A DNA stretch of 32,648 nt from Candidatus Anstonellaceae archaeon (GCA_038824715.1 JAWBPP010000005.1:1-32648); one strand, 5' to 3'. Positions 1 to 9,262 are shown, counted from the stretch's first letter. The notes: a model not told the origin generated them from the letters alone. A program made the numbers and translations.

Positions 1-452
1 CGATGGATTTTTTCTATCCGTGACATCTTTTCGGCTGCAATAGCCGTGATTTCATATGTTTTCCGGGCGTTTGGCTTGCTAATGTCAAGGTTTGAGATTT
101 CCCAGCACGACTTCTGCTTGTTGTGAACTATTTTCGATTCAGGGTTGAAAATGGAAAATTCTTCCAGCCATGGGAAAAAAATCCCGCCTTTCATCCTCCT
201 GACTTGCTCCTTGAGGAGGAGCTTTTCATCTTCTGAGAGGGCAGACACCATCCCTATGAGCTTCTTTGTGACCAGGGGAGATTCGGGATGGTTGACGCGC
301 CCGAAAATGTTTTTTGCCACCTTGTCCACCTCCTCAAGCCTGACGGAACGCGAGTGCAGGGGCATTGCCGCATGAGCCGGATTCGTGGCGTTCTGTTCCT
401 GAGCACAGGAGGAAGCTTTTCTGAAATGGAAGAAACGAGGCAGAAATTTCAT
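1..452 (-). CDS. Hypothetical protein, runs off the left edge of the window (3' end missing)
   Basis: Manual translation: ATG at 452, MKFLPRFFHFRKASSCAQEQ...HSRSVRLEEVDKVAKNIFGRVNHPESPLVTKKLIGMVSALSEDEKLLLKEQVRR..., open to position 1. Absent from the ORF track because it has no stop in the window. Confidence 0.65.
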   Translation of the reverse strand, partial: MKFLPRFFHFRKASSCAQEQNATNPAHAAMPLHSRSVRLEEVDKVAKNIFGRVNHPESPLVTKKLIGMVSALSEDEKLLLKEQVRRMKGGIFFPWLEEFSIFNPESKIVHNKQKSCWEISNLDISKPNARKTYEITAIAAEKMSRIEKIH

Positions 453-492
453 ACGTGGACTTCCATTTATAACAATTTAAAAAGCAGGCTGG

Positions 493-1533
493 CTAGCGCA
501 ATCTGAAGCGCAGCAGCGCCGCAAACCCTCCATATCCTGCAAGCTCCCTGCCGCCGTCGGATTCGTGGGAAAAGACAACAAGCTTCACCTTCCGTTTCTC
601 CGCCTCCTCGACGATTGCCTCCATCTCTTTGTTATTCCGAAGAAGTTCGTCCTCCACCATGAGTGTTTCCACTGCTGAAGAGGAGACTGCGTTTCGAATG
701 TCTTCAACGCCATAAGCGACCAAGCCTGAATCTTTCCTCAGTTCCGCAGAAAATCTGTCCATGAGTTTCAGCTCGTTCTCCGCCCGCTCCTCTTCCGCCA
801 CTTTGGAAACAACGCCGCGCTTCAGTAGCTCGTTAATGCCGCTCCTCTCCGCATAGGAACAGTGCTCGAGGATTATTTTTTTTGCCAAATCAGGCGACTT
901 TTGCTTTATGAATTTCATCAGGTTTTCCTTTCCAAACCCCGGCCCTGCCACAATGAGCTTGCCCACCGGAGCTGATTGCATCTTTTTCACAATCTCCCCG
1001 AAAAACGACTGCGTCTTCTCATCGAACTTGTCGTCCCGCTTGCTTGCGTTGTTCTCAAGCTCAAGCTCATATTCCACGCCATATCCCCTCAAGGTTGCGA
1101 AAATTGCCTTGCTCTCGTCAAGGACAAGCATGCCGATTTTAGGGCGCTTGGTCTCAGCGATAGCTTGCTTTATCCTTGAAAGATGATGTCCCATCCACCT
1201 GTCCTTGATTATGGAGACAGGAAAGTTCTGTTCGATATCAATGGTATGGTATGCACCCTGCTGCACGAACTCTGCAGGCGTGCCCTCGATTATCTTGCCA
1301 GTGACTCGCAGCCTGTTAGCAAACCGGGAGAATTCCACTTTTTCCACGAGAAGTTTCATGGTGACTGCTTTTTTCTCGCCCGCATCGTTCTCAGTTGCCT
1401 TGAAGCGCCTCCACGTCTTGGAGATAATGCGGTCGCCAGGCTGGAGAATTCTCTCTATGTGCCAGAGGTCTTCCGTGTTCTCTGGAGTGAGGCGGATTTC
1501 GCCTTCCGACACGTCCTGCTTGCCCAATTTCAT
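493..1533 (-). CDS. pelA: mRNA surveillance / ribosome rescue protein pelota (Dom34, eRF1 family)
   Basis: PENTEDLWH, RLRVTGKI, GAYHTIDI, IVAGPGFGKE and C-terminal GGFAALLRF motifs typical of pelota. Confidence 0.96.
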   Translation of the reverse strand: MKLGKQDVSEGEIRLTPENTEDLWHIERILQPGDRIISKTWRRFKATENDAGEKKAVTMKLLVEKVEFSRFANRLRVTGKIIEGTPAEFVQQGAYHTIDIEQNFPVSIIKDRWMGHHLSRIKQAIAETKRPKIGMLVLDESKAIFATLRGYGVEYELELENNASKRDDKFDEKTQSFFGEIVKKMQSAPVGKLIVAGPGFGKENLMKFIKQKSPDLAKKIILEHCSYAERSGINELLKRGVVSKVAEEERAENELKLMDRFSAELRKDSGLVAYGVEDIRNAVSSSAVETLMVEDELLRNNKEMEAIVEEAEKRKVKLVVFSHESDGGRELAGYGGFAALLRFRLR

Positions 1534-1567
1534 GGGATATTGGGGCGCGAAATGTAATTTAATTCAA

Positions 1568-2824
1568 TTAGTTTGGCTGGAGATAGCCGTAGGCTGAGAC
1601 GAGACGGTCGAAAGCCGTCCTGAATTTCTTTTCTATGTCGGCATGCTGGAATTCGCAGTAGCTATTGAGCATGTCCTTCATCTGTTCGTGCGCGCGCTTG
1701 GAATTCTCCTCCAATTCTGCAAACTTGTCCCGCACCTTTGCACTTTTGGCAGCCTCTCGCCGAGGCAGGCTGTCACGGATCATCTCAAAGTGCCAGATGA
1801 GCGCCTTGGAAAAGCCCTTTGCGAGCAGTACGCCCCCTGCCACAATTGCCACCAGCGAAACGCCGACAAGCTCGGGCGGAAACTGCGAAAGCAGCGGGAT
1901 GTGCTCTATCACGTCCTTTATCAAAAGCTTTGCCTGCTCGAAGGCTGCGCTGGCGCCACTCATTAGCGCGCCTATGCTCACCCCGATCTTGCCCAGCCCG
2001 AACTTCTTGGCAACCTCCTTTATTTTCTCCACAACCCAGCTTGGCTTGCAGCTGCTCTCTATTCTTGCAGCCAAGCGCGCGTCCTTGCGCGAATAGTAGC
2101 GGGATATTGCCGCAAGCTCCTCGTTTTTCTCGGTTTCGAACCTGATCATCGCATCAACCAAGCGCTGTTCAACTTTTGCTATCCGCTCGTCGATGTCGAT
2201 CTTGACGCGTATCATGTCCTGCGCGTAGCGGAGAGCCTCGTTGTTTATGGCTGACACAAAATTGCGAGCCCTGCCGATATCGCCAATTCCATTACCTTCA
2301 AGCAAAAGAGGCGAATCGAAGTAATTCGGGACGTATGTTTTCAGCTTTGCAGCCACTTGCTCGTCTTTCGGATTTTGCTCGTAAAGCCATGCAAAGTAGT
2401 AATATTTCAACAGGTCCACTGCCTGGCACTCAGTTATGGGTGGCATTATCTCAGAGCAGAGCTGGGATTTCTCAAATCCGCTTTTAGAGCCGTTCGCTTT
2501 TTGTCTGCGCCTGATTCTCTGCTCTGCGCTTTCTCCGTCCTGCGGCCCGATTTGCCCGGGAAGCACCAGGAAATCCTGCTCTCCTGGAATGGCAACGTGC
2601 TCTGGCGTCTTTGAGGTTTTGTCTTCGGAGAACTTCATGGGCTTCCTGTCAGGCATCCTGCCGAAAATCCTCCCGCCAAAATCCTCTAGCGCCTTGGCTT
2701 CCGGAATTTTTCTCTCAAGAAGAGCTACAGCCCGCGCTTGCTTATTAGAACCAGGCCGATTCAATAGTTCCGTCCCATTGCCAACAAACTGCAGTGAACG
2801 GAACGTGCTTGCACCCCCCACCAT
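1568..2824 (-). CDS. Orphan coiled-coil protein with a two-helix hydrophobic hairpin near the C-terminus
   Basis: Long ORF; ATG at 2824 behind a GGAGGGAGGTGG RBS (track start 2833). Hydrophobic segments FGLGKIGVSIGALMSGASAAF and LVGVSLVAIVAGGVLLAKG flanked by charged helical regions. Confidence 0.8.
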   Translation of the reverse strand: MVGGASTFRSLQFVGNGTELLNRPGSNKQARAVALLERKIPEAKALEDFGGRIFGRMPDRKPMKFSEDKTSKTPEHVAIPGEQDFLVLPGQIGPQDGESAEQRIRRRQKANGSKSGFEKSQLCSEIMPPITECQAVDLLKYYYFAWLYEQNPKDEQVAAKLKTYVPNYFDSPLLLEGNGIGDIGRARNFVSAINNEALRYAQDMIRVKIDIDERIAKVEQRLVDAMIRFETEKNEELAAISRYYSRKDARLAARIESSCKPSWVVEKIKEVAKKFGLGKIGVSIGALMSGASAAFEQAKLLIKDVIEHIPLLSQFPPELVGVSLVAIVAGGVLLAKGFSKALIWHFEMIRDSLPRREAAKSAKVRDKFAELEENSKRAHEQMKDMLNSYCEFQHADIEKKFRTAFDRLVSAYGYLQPN

Positions 2825-2983
2825 GGTGCCCACCTCCCTCCGTCACATGCTTTTCAGACAGATATTCTACTAAATGCGTATATACCCTTGTATCGCACCT
2901 TTGGCGACTGTCAAGCAGGTGTTGGACAATACGCAAAGCGAAAAGCGCGCATAAGGAAAATGCTGGGAAGGGCAGCTAAATTA

Positions 2984-3946
2984 CTACGGAGAAGAAGGTT
3001 GCTGCGCCGATGCTTGTTCCGGTTTGGAAACATCTCCGTTTATCGCCCCTGACACGTATTCCGGAAGGTTGAGCGATGCCGGGAAGAAGTCCCTGATGGA
3101 CTCCGGAACAGTGCTCCTTATCTGGCTTATCCTGTGGTTTATGAGCTTCCATATGCCCGCAATATCGTTGGACTGCGATTTGTTGAGAAGCGTTTCGTCC
3201 CCGCTGCTTTTCAATTCGGATTCATAGCCGAACTCTGCTGCAAGGCCAAGGCCGATTTGCTGCACTAGGCCGCGTATGGCATCGCGGACTTTTCCTTCCT
3301 CCTTGAAAAATACCTGCAGCTTCTCATCGCGCTTTTGGCGAATCCTGTGTTTTGTCCATTCGGAAAGCTTGGAGATTCCTGCGCTTATGGCAGCCATTGC
3401 CCCGAGGCCGAAGAAGTCTGCAGCTGCCTTTGCCAGGTTCACAAAGTCTTTGGAGACTGTTTTGTCTATGTAAGCCATCAGGTCATTCCATGCGCCAGTA
3501 TAAACTGCCCCGACCGCCACAGCGGGACCAGCAAGCCAAGGCGCCCATTTCTTGAGGTTTTCCCAGACGTTTCCTGCGGCAATCTTCGAATTGCTGTAAA
3601 CGGTTATTTCATTCACTTTGGCATGCCATATTTCCTGCATCGACTGGAACGAATTGGTAAGGTTGCAGATGTGCGCGAACAGTGCAGATACGTAATCGGA
3701 AGTTTTCTGAAGCTCAGCCAAGCGCTCTTTGTCAGGCGCATCTTTCTTTCTCTCCGCGTTGTAATCCGCAAGGGTCTGTGACTGCAATTCTCTGAGTTCT
3801 TCGTAGAATATGTTTGCGCGCCCCTTCTTGTCTGGCTTGGACGAAGTCAGGTCAAGTATGTTGTCTGCATAAGGAAGAAGCTTGTACATTGGAACGGGCG
3901 CTTTCTTGGCAGCCTGAACCTGACTAGTGGCCTGTGCCTGCAGCAT
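2984..3946 (-). CDS. Orphan coiled-coil protein with a central two-helix hydrophobic hairpin
   Basis: Start reassigned to ATG 3946 (MLQAQATSQ) behind GGTGGAGGGA; the longer track ORF overlaps the ABCE1 start. Hydrophobic WAPWLAGPAVAVGAVYTGAW and AAADFFGLGAMAAISAGIS. Confidence 0.8.
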   Translation of the reverse strand: MLQAQATSQVQAAKKAPVPMYKLLPYADNILDLTSSKPDKKGRANIFYEELRELQSQTLADYNAERKKDAPDKERLAELQKTSDYVSALFAHICNLTNSFQSMQEIWHAKVNEITVYSNSKIAAGNVWENLKKWAPWLAGPAVAVGAVYTGAWNDLMAYIDKTVSKDFVNLAKAAADFFGLGAMAAISAGISKLSEWTKHRIRQKRDEKLQVFFKEEGKVRDAIRGLVQQIGLGLAAEFGYESELKSSGDETLLNKSQSNDIAGIWKLINHRISQIRSTVPESIRDFFPASLNLPEYVSGAINGDVSKPEQASAQQPSSP

Positions 3947-4088
3947 GTTTTCCCTCCACCCCGATATGAGCAAGATCTGGCTAGAAGTGTATTTAAACCT
4001 ATCTTTACATTTTGAACAACAACGATAGGAAAATTGGGGAAGGAACGGTAATAAACAAGCATGGGAGAATACCCAGCAGGAGAAGAGC

Positions 4089-5864
4089 ATGGCGGATTTT
4101 TTCGGGAAAACAAGGATAGCCATAATTGACCGCGAGAAGTGCCTCAAGGAAAAATGCGGCTACATCTGCATGAAAGTCTGCCCGGGCGTGAGAATGGGCG
4201 ACGACACGGTGACGGTTGACTCTGACGGTTTCCCGGTGATTTCAGAAGAGCTTTGCACAGGCTGCGGGATTTGCCCGAAAAAATGCCCTGTCGACTGCAT
4301 CACCATAATCAATTTGGCAGAGGAGAAGACGCATCCGATTTATCAGTATGGCGAAAACACATTCAGGCTTTACGGATTGCCGCTTCCGCAGGACGGTGTT
4401 GTGGGGTTGGTTGGAAAGAACGGCATAGGGAAGAGCACGGCAATAAAGCTCATGGCTGCACAAATCCACCCGAACTTTGCGGACTTTGAAACCAAGTGGA
4501 AGCCCGAAGAAATCCTTGAGAGGCTCTCGCCAGACATGAGGAATTATTTCCGCTCAATTCAGGATAAGAGGCTGAAGGTCTCGCTCAAGCCGCAGAACAT
4601 TTACAAAATACCGGAAGTGTTCAGGGGCAAGGCAAAGGCGCTTCTTGCCAAAGGCGACGAGCGCAAGATGATGGCGCATGCAGTGGAATTGTTCGCGCTT
4701 TCAGATGTGCTTGAGAGGAATGTCTTTGAGCTTTCAGGAGGCGAGCTTCAGCGGCTTGCAATTGCAGTTGCATTCTGCAAGGATGCGGACCTTTACTATT
4801 TTGACGAGCCTGCCGCTTACCTTGACATAAAGCAGAGATTGGCAATGGCGCGAGCGCTCAAGGAATTGTCTGAAAGCAAGCGCGTGGTCGTCATTGAGCA
4901 CGACCTTGCGATATTTGACTATCTTTCAGAATATGTCCACGTGCTTTACGGGCAGGAGAATGCGTACGGAGTTGTCTCCGGAGTGAAAAGTGCGCGAAGC
5001 GGAATAAACGAGTATTTGGACGGGTTCCTGAAGGACGAGAACACGCGCTTTAGGGACCACTCCATAAGATTCTCAGCGACCTCGGCAGCACAGGTCAAGG
5101 CAAGCACAGCATCCAAGTTTTCCTATCCTGCCTTGCAGAAAAAATTCGACAAGTTTTCCTTTGCAGCAGAAGAGGGCAGCATAATGGAAGGAGAAGTGAT
5201 AGGCATGCTTGGTGAAAACGCGATTGGAAAGTCGCTTTTCATCCGCATGCTTGCAGGCATTGAGCAGCCTGACAACGCAAAAATGCTTTCTGCCCTCCGT
5301 ATCTCCTACAAGCCGCAGCAGGTGAAAGCTGACAGCAGCGAAGAAGTTAGGGAACTTTTTGCAGCAGCAGGGCTGGACCCGTTCGTTGCCGAGCAGGCGC
5401 GGCGGAAACTGAATGTGAATTCGCTTATGGACAAGAAGGTGAATACCCTCTCGGGGGGAGAGATGCAGCGCGTGGCAATTGCGCTTGCGATTTCCAAGGA
5501 TGCTGACATTTACCTTTTTGACGAGCCATCTGCGTTTTTGGACATCGAGCAGAGGCTGGAGTTTGCTGACCTTGTGCAGTCAGTAATACCTGAAAGCAAG
5601 AAATGCGCGTTTGTCATTGACCACGACTTGCTGCTTCTTGACGCCGTTTCTTCCCGGGCGATAATTTTTGACGGAAAGCCCTCTGTGCAGGGGCACGCAA
5701 GCGCCCCAAAGAACAAGCGGGAGGGCATGAACGGATTTTTGAAGTCAGTCGGGATCACCCTTCGCCGCGACAAGGATTCAAAAAGGCCGAGGATAAACAA
5801 GCCTGGCTCAGCGCTTGACAGGGAGCAAAAGGAGGCTGGCGAATTCTACTATTACGAAAATTAG
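4089..5864 (+). CDS. rli1: Ribosome recycling ATPase ABCE1/Rli1
   Basis: N-terminal 2x[4Fe-4S] Cys clusters (CLKEKCGYICMKVCP; CTGCGICPKKCP), two ABC domains (GKNGIGKS, LSGGELQR; GENAIGKS, LSGGEMQR) and the C-terminal RPRINKPGS..DREQK motif. Confidence 0.98.
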   Translation: MADFFGKTRIAIIDREKCLKEKCGYICMKVCPGVRMGDDTVTVDSDGFPVISEELCTGCGICPKKCPVDCITIINLAEEKTHPIYQYGENTFRLYGLPLPQDGVVGLVGKNGIGKSTAIKLMAAQIHPNFADFETKWKPEEILERLSPDMRNYFRSIQDKRLKVSLKPQNIYKIPEVFRGKAKALLAKGDERKMMAHAVELFALSDVLERNVFELSGGELQRLAIAVAFCKDADLYYFDEPAAYLDIKQRLAMARALKELSESKRVVVIEHDLAIFDYLSEYVHVLYGQENAYGVVSGVKSARSGINEYLDGFLKDENTRFRDHSIRFSATSAAQVKASTASKFSYPALQKKFDKFSFAAEEGSIMEGEVIGMLGENAIGKSLFIRMLAGIEQPDNAKMLSALRISYKPQQVKADSSEEVRELFAAAGLDPFVAEQARRKLNVNSLMDKKVNTLSGGEMQRVAIALAISKDADIYLFDEPSAFLDIEQRLEFADLVQSVIPESKKCAFVIDHDLLLLDAVSSRAIIFDGKPSVQGHASAPKNKREGMNGFLKSVGITLRRDKDSKRPRINKPGSALDREQKEAGEFYYYEN

Positions 5865-5871
5865 ATGCGGC

Positions 5872-6462
5872 TTAACCTGAACTTACATCAAGCACCTTGT
5901 TCTGTGTCTTTGAGACAACCACTTGATAAGAGGAATTTGCCGAAGCAGAGCTCCAGCTTACGAGCCAAACGCCGCTGTAGTCCTTGTAGTTCTCGAAGAA
6001 TGCCGCTTCTGCCTTTGCATCCGCGTTGCTTTTCACGAACTCCTGCACTGCCTCTGCGCCAGAATAGGTGTGCGAGGCGATTATCGCCTCTTCTGGAAAG
6101 GCAAGCACGCACACAGGCTCGTTTATGCATACCTGGCATCCCTTTGTTATGTATTCCGGAGGCTGGGTAACGAAATTCTTGGGCGGATAATCGTAGTAGA
6201 CGTGTATCCGCTCAGGGCAAGGAGTGGAAAGTCCGTTTGTAACCCTTGCCTTGAGCTGGAAGTATGGCTTGCCGTCGCTTCCAGTCTGGCTGGTGATGTC
6301 TGTTATCTCACGCACATCTGCCGAAGGGTATTTGCCCTGCAAATCCTCGAGGAAAAACTTTCTTGCGTCCTGCTCGGTCGGAGGGGATGACTTTGTGAAG
6401 ATGAAAAATGCCGCGATGAGAGCCACGGCAACAAGGACGGCGATGAGCGCAGCTGTTTTCAT
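5872..6462 (-). CDS. Secreted or membrane-anchored hypothetical protein with Cys pairs
   Basis: Start reassigned to ATG 6462 (MKTAALIAVLVAVALIAAFFIF, a signal/anchor); the upstream part of the track ORF overlaps tRNA-His. Confidence 0.8.
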   Translation of the reverse strand: MKTAALIAVLVAVALIAAFFIFTKSSPPTEQDARKFFLEDLQGKYPSADVREITDITSQTGSDGKPYFQLKARVTNGLSTPCPERIHVYYDYPPKNFVTQPPEYITKGCQVCINEPVCVLAFPEEAIIASHTYSGAEAVQEFVKSNADAKAEAAFFENYKDYSGVWLVSWSSASANSSYQVVVSKTQNKVLDVSSG

Positions 6463-6519
6463 GAGGAAGAATTCTCGCAGCAAGTTTAAGTTGATTTCCT
6501 TCACAACAAACCTTTGCGT

Positions 6520-6667
6520 GGCCACGGTGATGTCAATGGTAGCATGGGGGCCTGTGGCGGGCTTTTCTTTCTTTAACGAGAAATAAAAGCCCGGGCAAAA
6601 GAAAGAACTCTCTTGCCCGGAAAACCGCAGAAAGCCCCTCGACCGAGTTCGAGTCTCGGCCGTGGCC
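6520..6667 (+). tRNA. tRNA-His(GTG) with a 75-nt intron at 37/38 (6558-6632); G-1 genomically encoded
   Basis: Acceptor GCCACGG/CCGTGGC plus G-1:C73, anticodon arm GGGGC-CT GTG G^A-GCCCC, T arm CCGAG-TTCGAGT-CTCGG. BHB: CUGU/GCAG central helix with GG^C and AA^A bulges. Confidence 0.93.
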
Positions 6668-6739
6668 CATGACTTTTCTCTATAAGATCTACAATACATT
6701 TAAATGCACTTCTATACACAGAAGAGGCGAGTGATTTCC

Positions 6740-7435
6740 ATGAGCCTTAGAGATGCACCGAAGGATGGAACCAAACCGCTCTATGCCACTGCCCTGCCAG
6801 GAGACGGAGAGCCCAAGCATGTCCGGGGAAGCCAGGGAAGGAAGATAAACCACCCAAGTGCATTTGTCGAACAGAAGGAGAAGGCTGCAACCGCCAAGGC
6901 ATTGAACGCCGAGGTCCTGAATGACCGCCGAAAAACGAAGGCGCTAGTTGACGCAATCAACGAGGCATCCCCTCACCTCAAAGGAGAATACGGCCTTGAC
7001 AGCAAGGAGCTTCTCAAGCTTGCAACTGCAATCAAGAAGCTCTCTGCAAGCGAACTGGCAGATGCCGGAAGCCTGCAGGCTCTTTGCACCTCGCTCTCCA
7101 TTCTTGAGCTTGCTTTTGCCCGTGGCGAGGCTGATTCCGTCCTGCTTGGCATTTACGAGAAAGACGCGAAAGATATCGTTTTGGAGATAAGGCCCCTGTG
7201 GAGAATGCTTCGTGACAATGCAGCTGGCATTACTGCAGGAGTGCTGGGTAGGCAGCTTTACGTGGCCTCGATGCAGACAAAATACTTGCCACATGAGGAG
7301 AAAAGCCTTACTGCGCAGGCAGAAGAGAGCGGCAGGATACCAAAGCCCGAAATAGAAAGGCACAGGCTGCTGGAGCAATCGCTTGGGAGCCTTGCGGAGC
7401 TTGTCGAAAGGTTCAACTTGCCCCCTCTTTGCTAG
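6740..7435 (+). CDS. Hypothetical alpha-helical protein
   Basis: Long ORF; likely start MSLRD at 6740 behind GAGGCGAGTGA; no recognisable motif. Confidence 0.75.
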   Translation: MSLRDAPKDGTKPLYATALPGDGEPKHVRGSQGRKINHPSAFVEQKEKAATAKALNAEVLNDRRKTKALVDAINEASPHLKGEYGLDSKELLKLATAIKKLSASELADAGSLQALCTSLSILELAFARGEADSVLLGIYEKDAKDIVLEIRPLWRMLRDNAAGITAGVLGRQLYVASMQTKYLPHEEKSLTAQAEESGRIPKPEIERHRLLEQSLGSLAELVERFNLPPLC

Positions 7436-7478
7436 AAAAATTGCTCCCTATTTTTAACCTTCTTTTCCATTTCCCTTC

Positions 7479-8603
7479 ATGCTAAAGCGCATTTTCGCGA
7501 TAAACTTCCTTGATTCGTTCGTATTCGGCATTACGACCGTGATTGTGCCCCTTCTCATGCTCGAGCGGAACATCAGCATCGCTTCAATCGGGCTGGTGTT
7601 TGCGCTTGCGCCAATTGCAAAGCTTGCAGTGAGGCTTGCCGCTTCCTCAATGGCAGACGCGCACGGGGAAAAGGCCTTCTACTCGCTCAATGCAGCTGCA
7701 AACGCCGCTCAGGCTGCAGCCTACTGGCTTGCTGGAAGCGCATGGGGCTTTGCAGCAGGAAAGATTATCGATGGCGCCAGGGAATCATTCATTTGGGCAG
7801 TGAACCGCACAAGCCTGATTTCCACCAAGCCTGACCGCGAGCATTTTGTCCTGGGAGGGCTTGTTTCAGGAAGGGCGGTTTATTTTGCTCTTGGCAGCCT
7901 GGCAGTCGGGCTCCTTTATCCGCATGGAGGCTTTGAGCTCCTGCTAATCTTGGCAGTCGCACTTGGAATGGCCTCGTTTGCAATTTCCCAAGGCGTGCAG
8001 GACACCCCGCACCATGAAAGGAGGAAGGTGAAGCTGTCCGAGCTTTCCATGCTTGGAAGAAGCAGGCTGTTTTACGAGACTTGTGGCGCCATAATGTTTG
8101 GCTCGACCTTCTACAATGCTATCGTGTATTTCATAACCCCTCTTTTCTTCAAATTGAACGGCTATTCGCTTGGGGAGATTGGCAGCTTTTACGCTGTTTA
8201 TTTCCTGATATTCGGCGCTGTCTTGAACTTCCTGTCGCACCGGAAGATAGGGAGTCGCTGGACCACATTGGCTGGAAGCGCGCTTTTCCTTGCCGCACTT
8301 TTCGGCATGGGCCTTGCTGGGCGGGAGCTTTTGCCTTACTTTTTCTTCCTCATGGCAATTGGCGATGGGCACTTGGCGCTTGTCTGGGAGCAGATAATCT
8401 ATCTGCAGGTCAAAAAAAGCCGCACGCGCTCCACAGACATTGCGCTTTTGCATATGCCCTCAAGCTTCGCCCTTGTCGCGGTTTCGGCTGGTTCAGGTTT
8501 TGCGGCTGAACGATTTGGATTTGCGCCGATTTTCCTTGCAGGCGCGTTCACCCTCCTTGTTTTCGGGGTTTGGAGCTACCGGCTGACATCAATCAAAAGA
8601 TAA
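7479..8603 (+). CDS. MFS transporter
   Basis: About 12 hydrophobic segments and a degenerate motif A (SSMADAHGEK) after TM2. Confidence 0.88.
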   Translation: MLKRIFAINFLDSFVFGITTVIVPLLMLERNISIASIGLVFALAPIAKLAVRLAASSMADAHGEKAFYSLNAAANAAQAAAYWLAGSAWGFAAGKIIDGARESFIWAVNRTSLISTKPDREHFVLGGLVSGRAVYFALGSLAVGLLYPHGGFELLLILAVALGMASFAISQGVQDTPHHERRKVKLSELSMLGRSRLFYETCGAIMFGSTFYNAIVYFITPLFFKLNGYSLGEIGSFYAVYFLIFGAVLNFLSHRKIGSRWTTLAGSALFLAALFGMGLAGRELLPYFFFLMAIGDGHLALVWEQIIYLQVKKSRTRSTDIALLHMPSSFALVAVSAGSGFAAERFGFAPIFLAGAFTLLVFGVWSYRLTSIKR

Positions 8604-8626
8604 ACTGTTGCACCGAAATCCTTCCT

Positions 8627-8754
8627 GCTTGAATGAGGATAACGTGGATTCGATTAGCCAACGTCTATGCAAAATCGCGCGAGCGATTTTGCAGAAGTCG
8701 AGCAGATGCTCGACTAAGAGCTGGCGATGAATTTGATCTTGAGTTCTGACAAGC
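8627..8754 (+). ncRNA. Box C/D guide sRNA with an internal twin-hairpin insert; D guide predicted to target C34 of tRNA-Leu(CAA)
   Basis: Terminal stem GCTTG/CAAGC, box C ATGAGGA (8633-8639), C'-like GCGATGA (8724-8730), box D CTGA (8746-8749). Guide GATCTTGAGT is complementary to ACUCAAGAUC. Confidence 0.75.
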
Positions 8755-8915
8755 GAAATCCGCCATTGCCATTAATTAAATTAACAAAAAAAGAGCAGAC
8801 TTGTCGCCCGACGTGGCTGCAAAGGTATATAAATAATCTTCTGCATATACTTGACTACGCCTTTTTTGGTGTTAATAACGCCAGGTTTTTTGCTGGCGAA
8901 CGGTGTGGGAGACCT

Positions 8916-9134
8916 ATGAGTGAACAGACTAAAGTTGACATTCTGAAAGCTTGGAACAAGTACATCTCTGCGCAGCAGAGGCGCTACGCACGAAACGAGG
9001 GCTCTGTCGCGCAGCACGAAGATTACTTGCGCGTTTTCAAGGAAGGCATCAAGAACCACCCCAAGCTGTCCAAAGGCGAGAAAGAGGAGCTCCTTCTGCA
9101 CGTCGGCAACACATTTGCCACGAAGAATTCCTGA
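8916..9134 (+). CDS. Small hypothetical protein (72 aa)
   Basis: Likely start MSEQTK at 8916 behind GGTGTGGGAG; protein-like amphipathic composition. The upstream part of the track ORF overlaps the sRNA and promoter. Confidence 0.65.
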   Translation: MSEQTKVDILKAWNKYISAQQRRYARNEGSVAQHEDYLRVFKEGIKNHPKLSKGEKEELLLHVGNTFATKNS

Positions 9135-9191
9135 TTGGGATTTTTTACCCTGAACAGGTTCGCTTCTTTAACCAGCCCTGGATGATTTTCA

Positions 9192-9252
9192 GGCATCAGA
9201 GTCAAGTCACGTCATCATTCCGAGGTCAGCGTCGTACTTGTCATCATCTGCC
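9192..9252 (-). ncRNA. Canonical box C/D guide sRNA
   Basis: Minus strand reads GGCA-G-ATGATGA-caagtacgacg-CTGA-cctcgga-ATGATGA-cgtgacttgact-CTGA-TGCC: four consensus boxes, 11-12 nt guides and a terminal stem. Confidence 0.92.
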
Positions 9253-9262
9253 AGAAATAAAA

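Noticed and set aside
6463-6699. N-terminal extension of ORF 5872-6699
   Set aside because: It is the antisense of tRNA-His; the signal-peptide start is at 6462.
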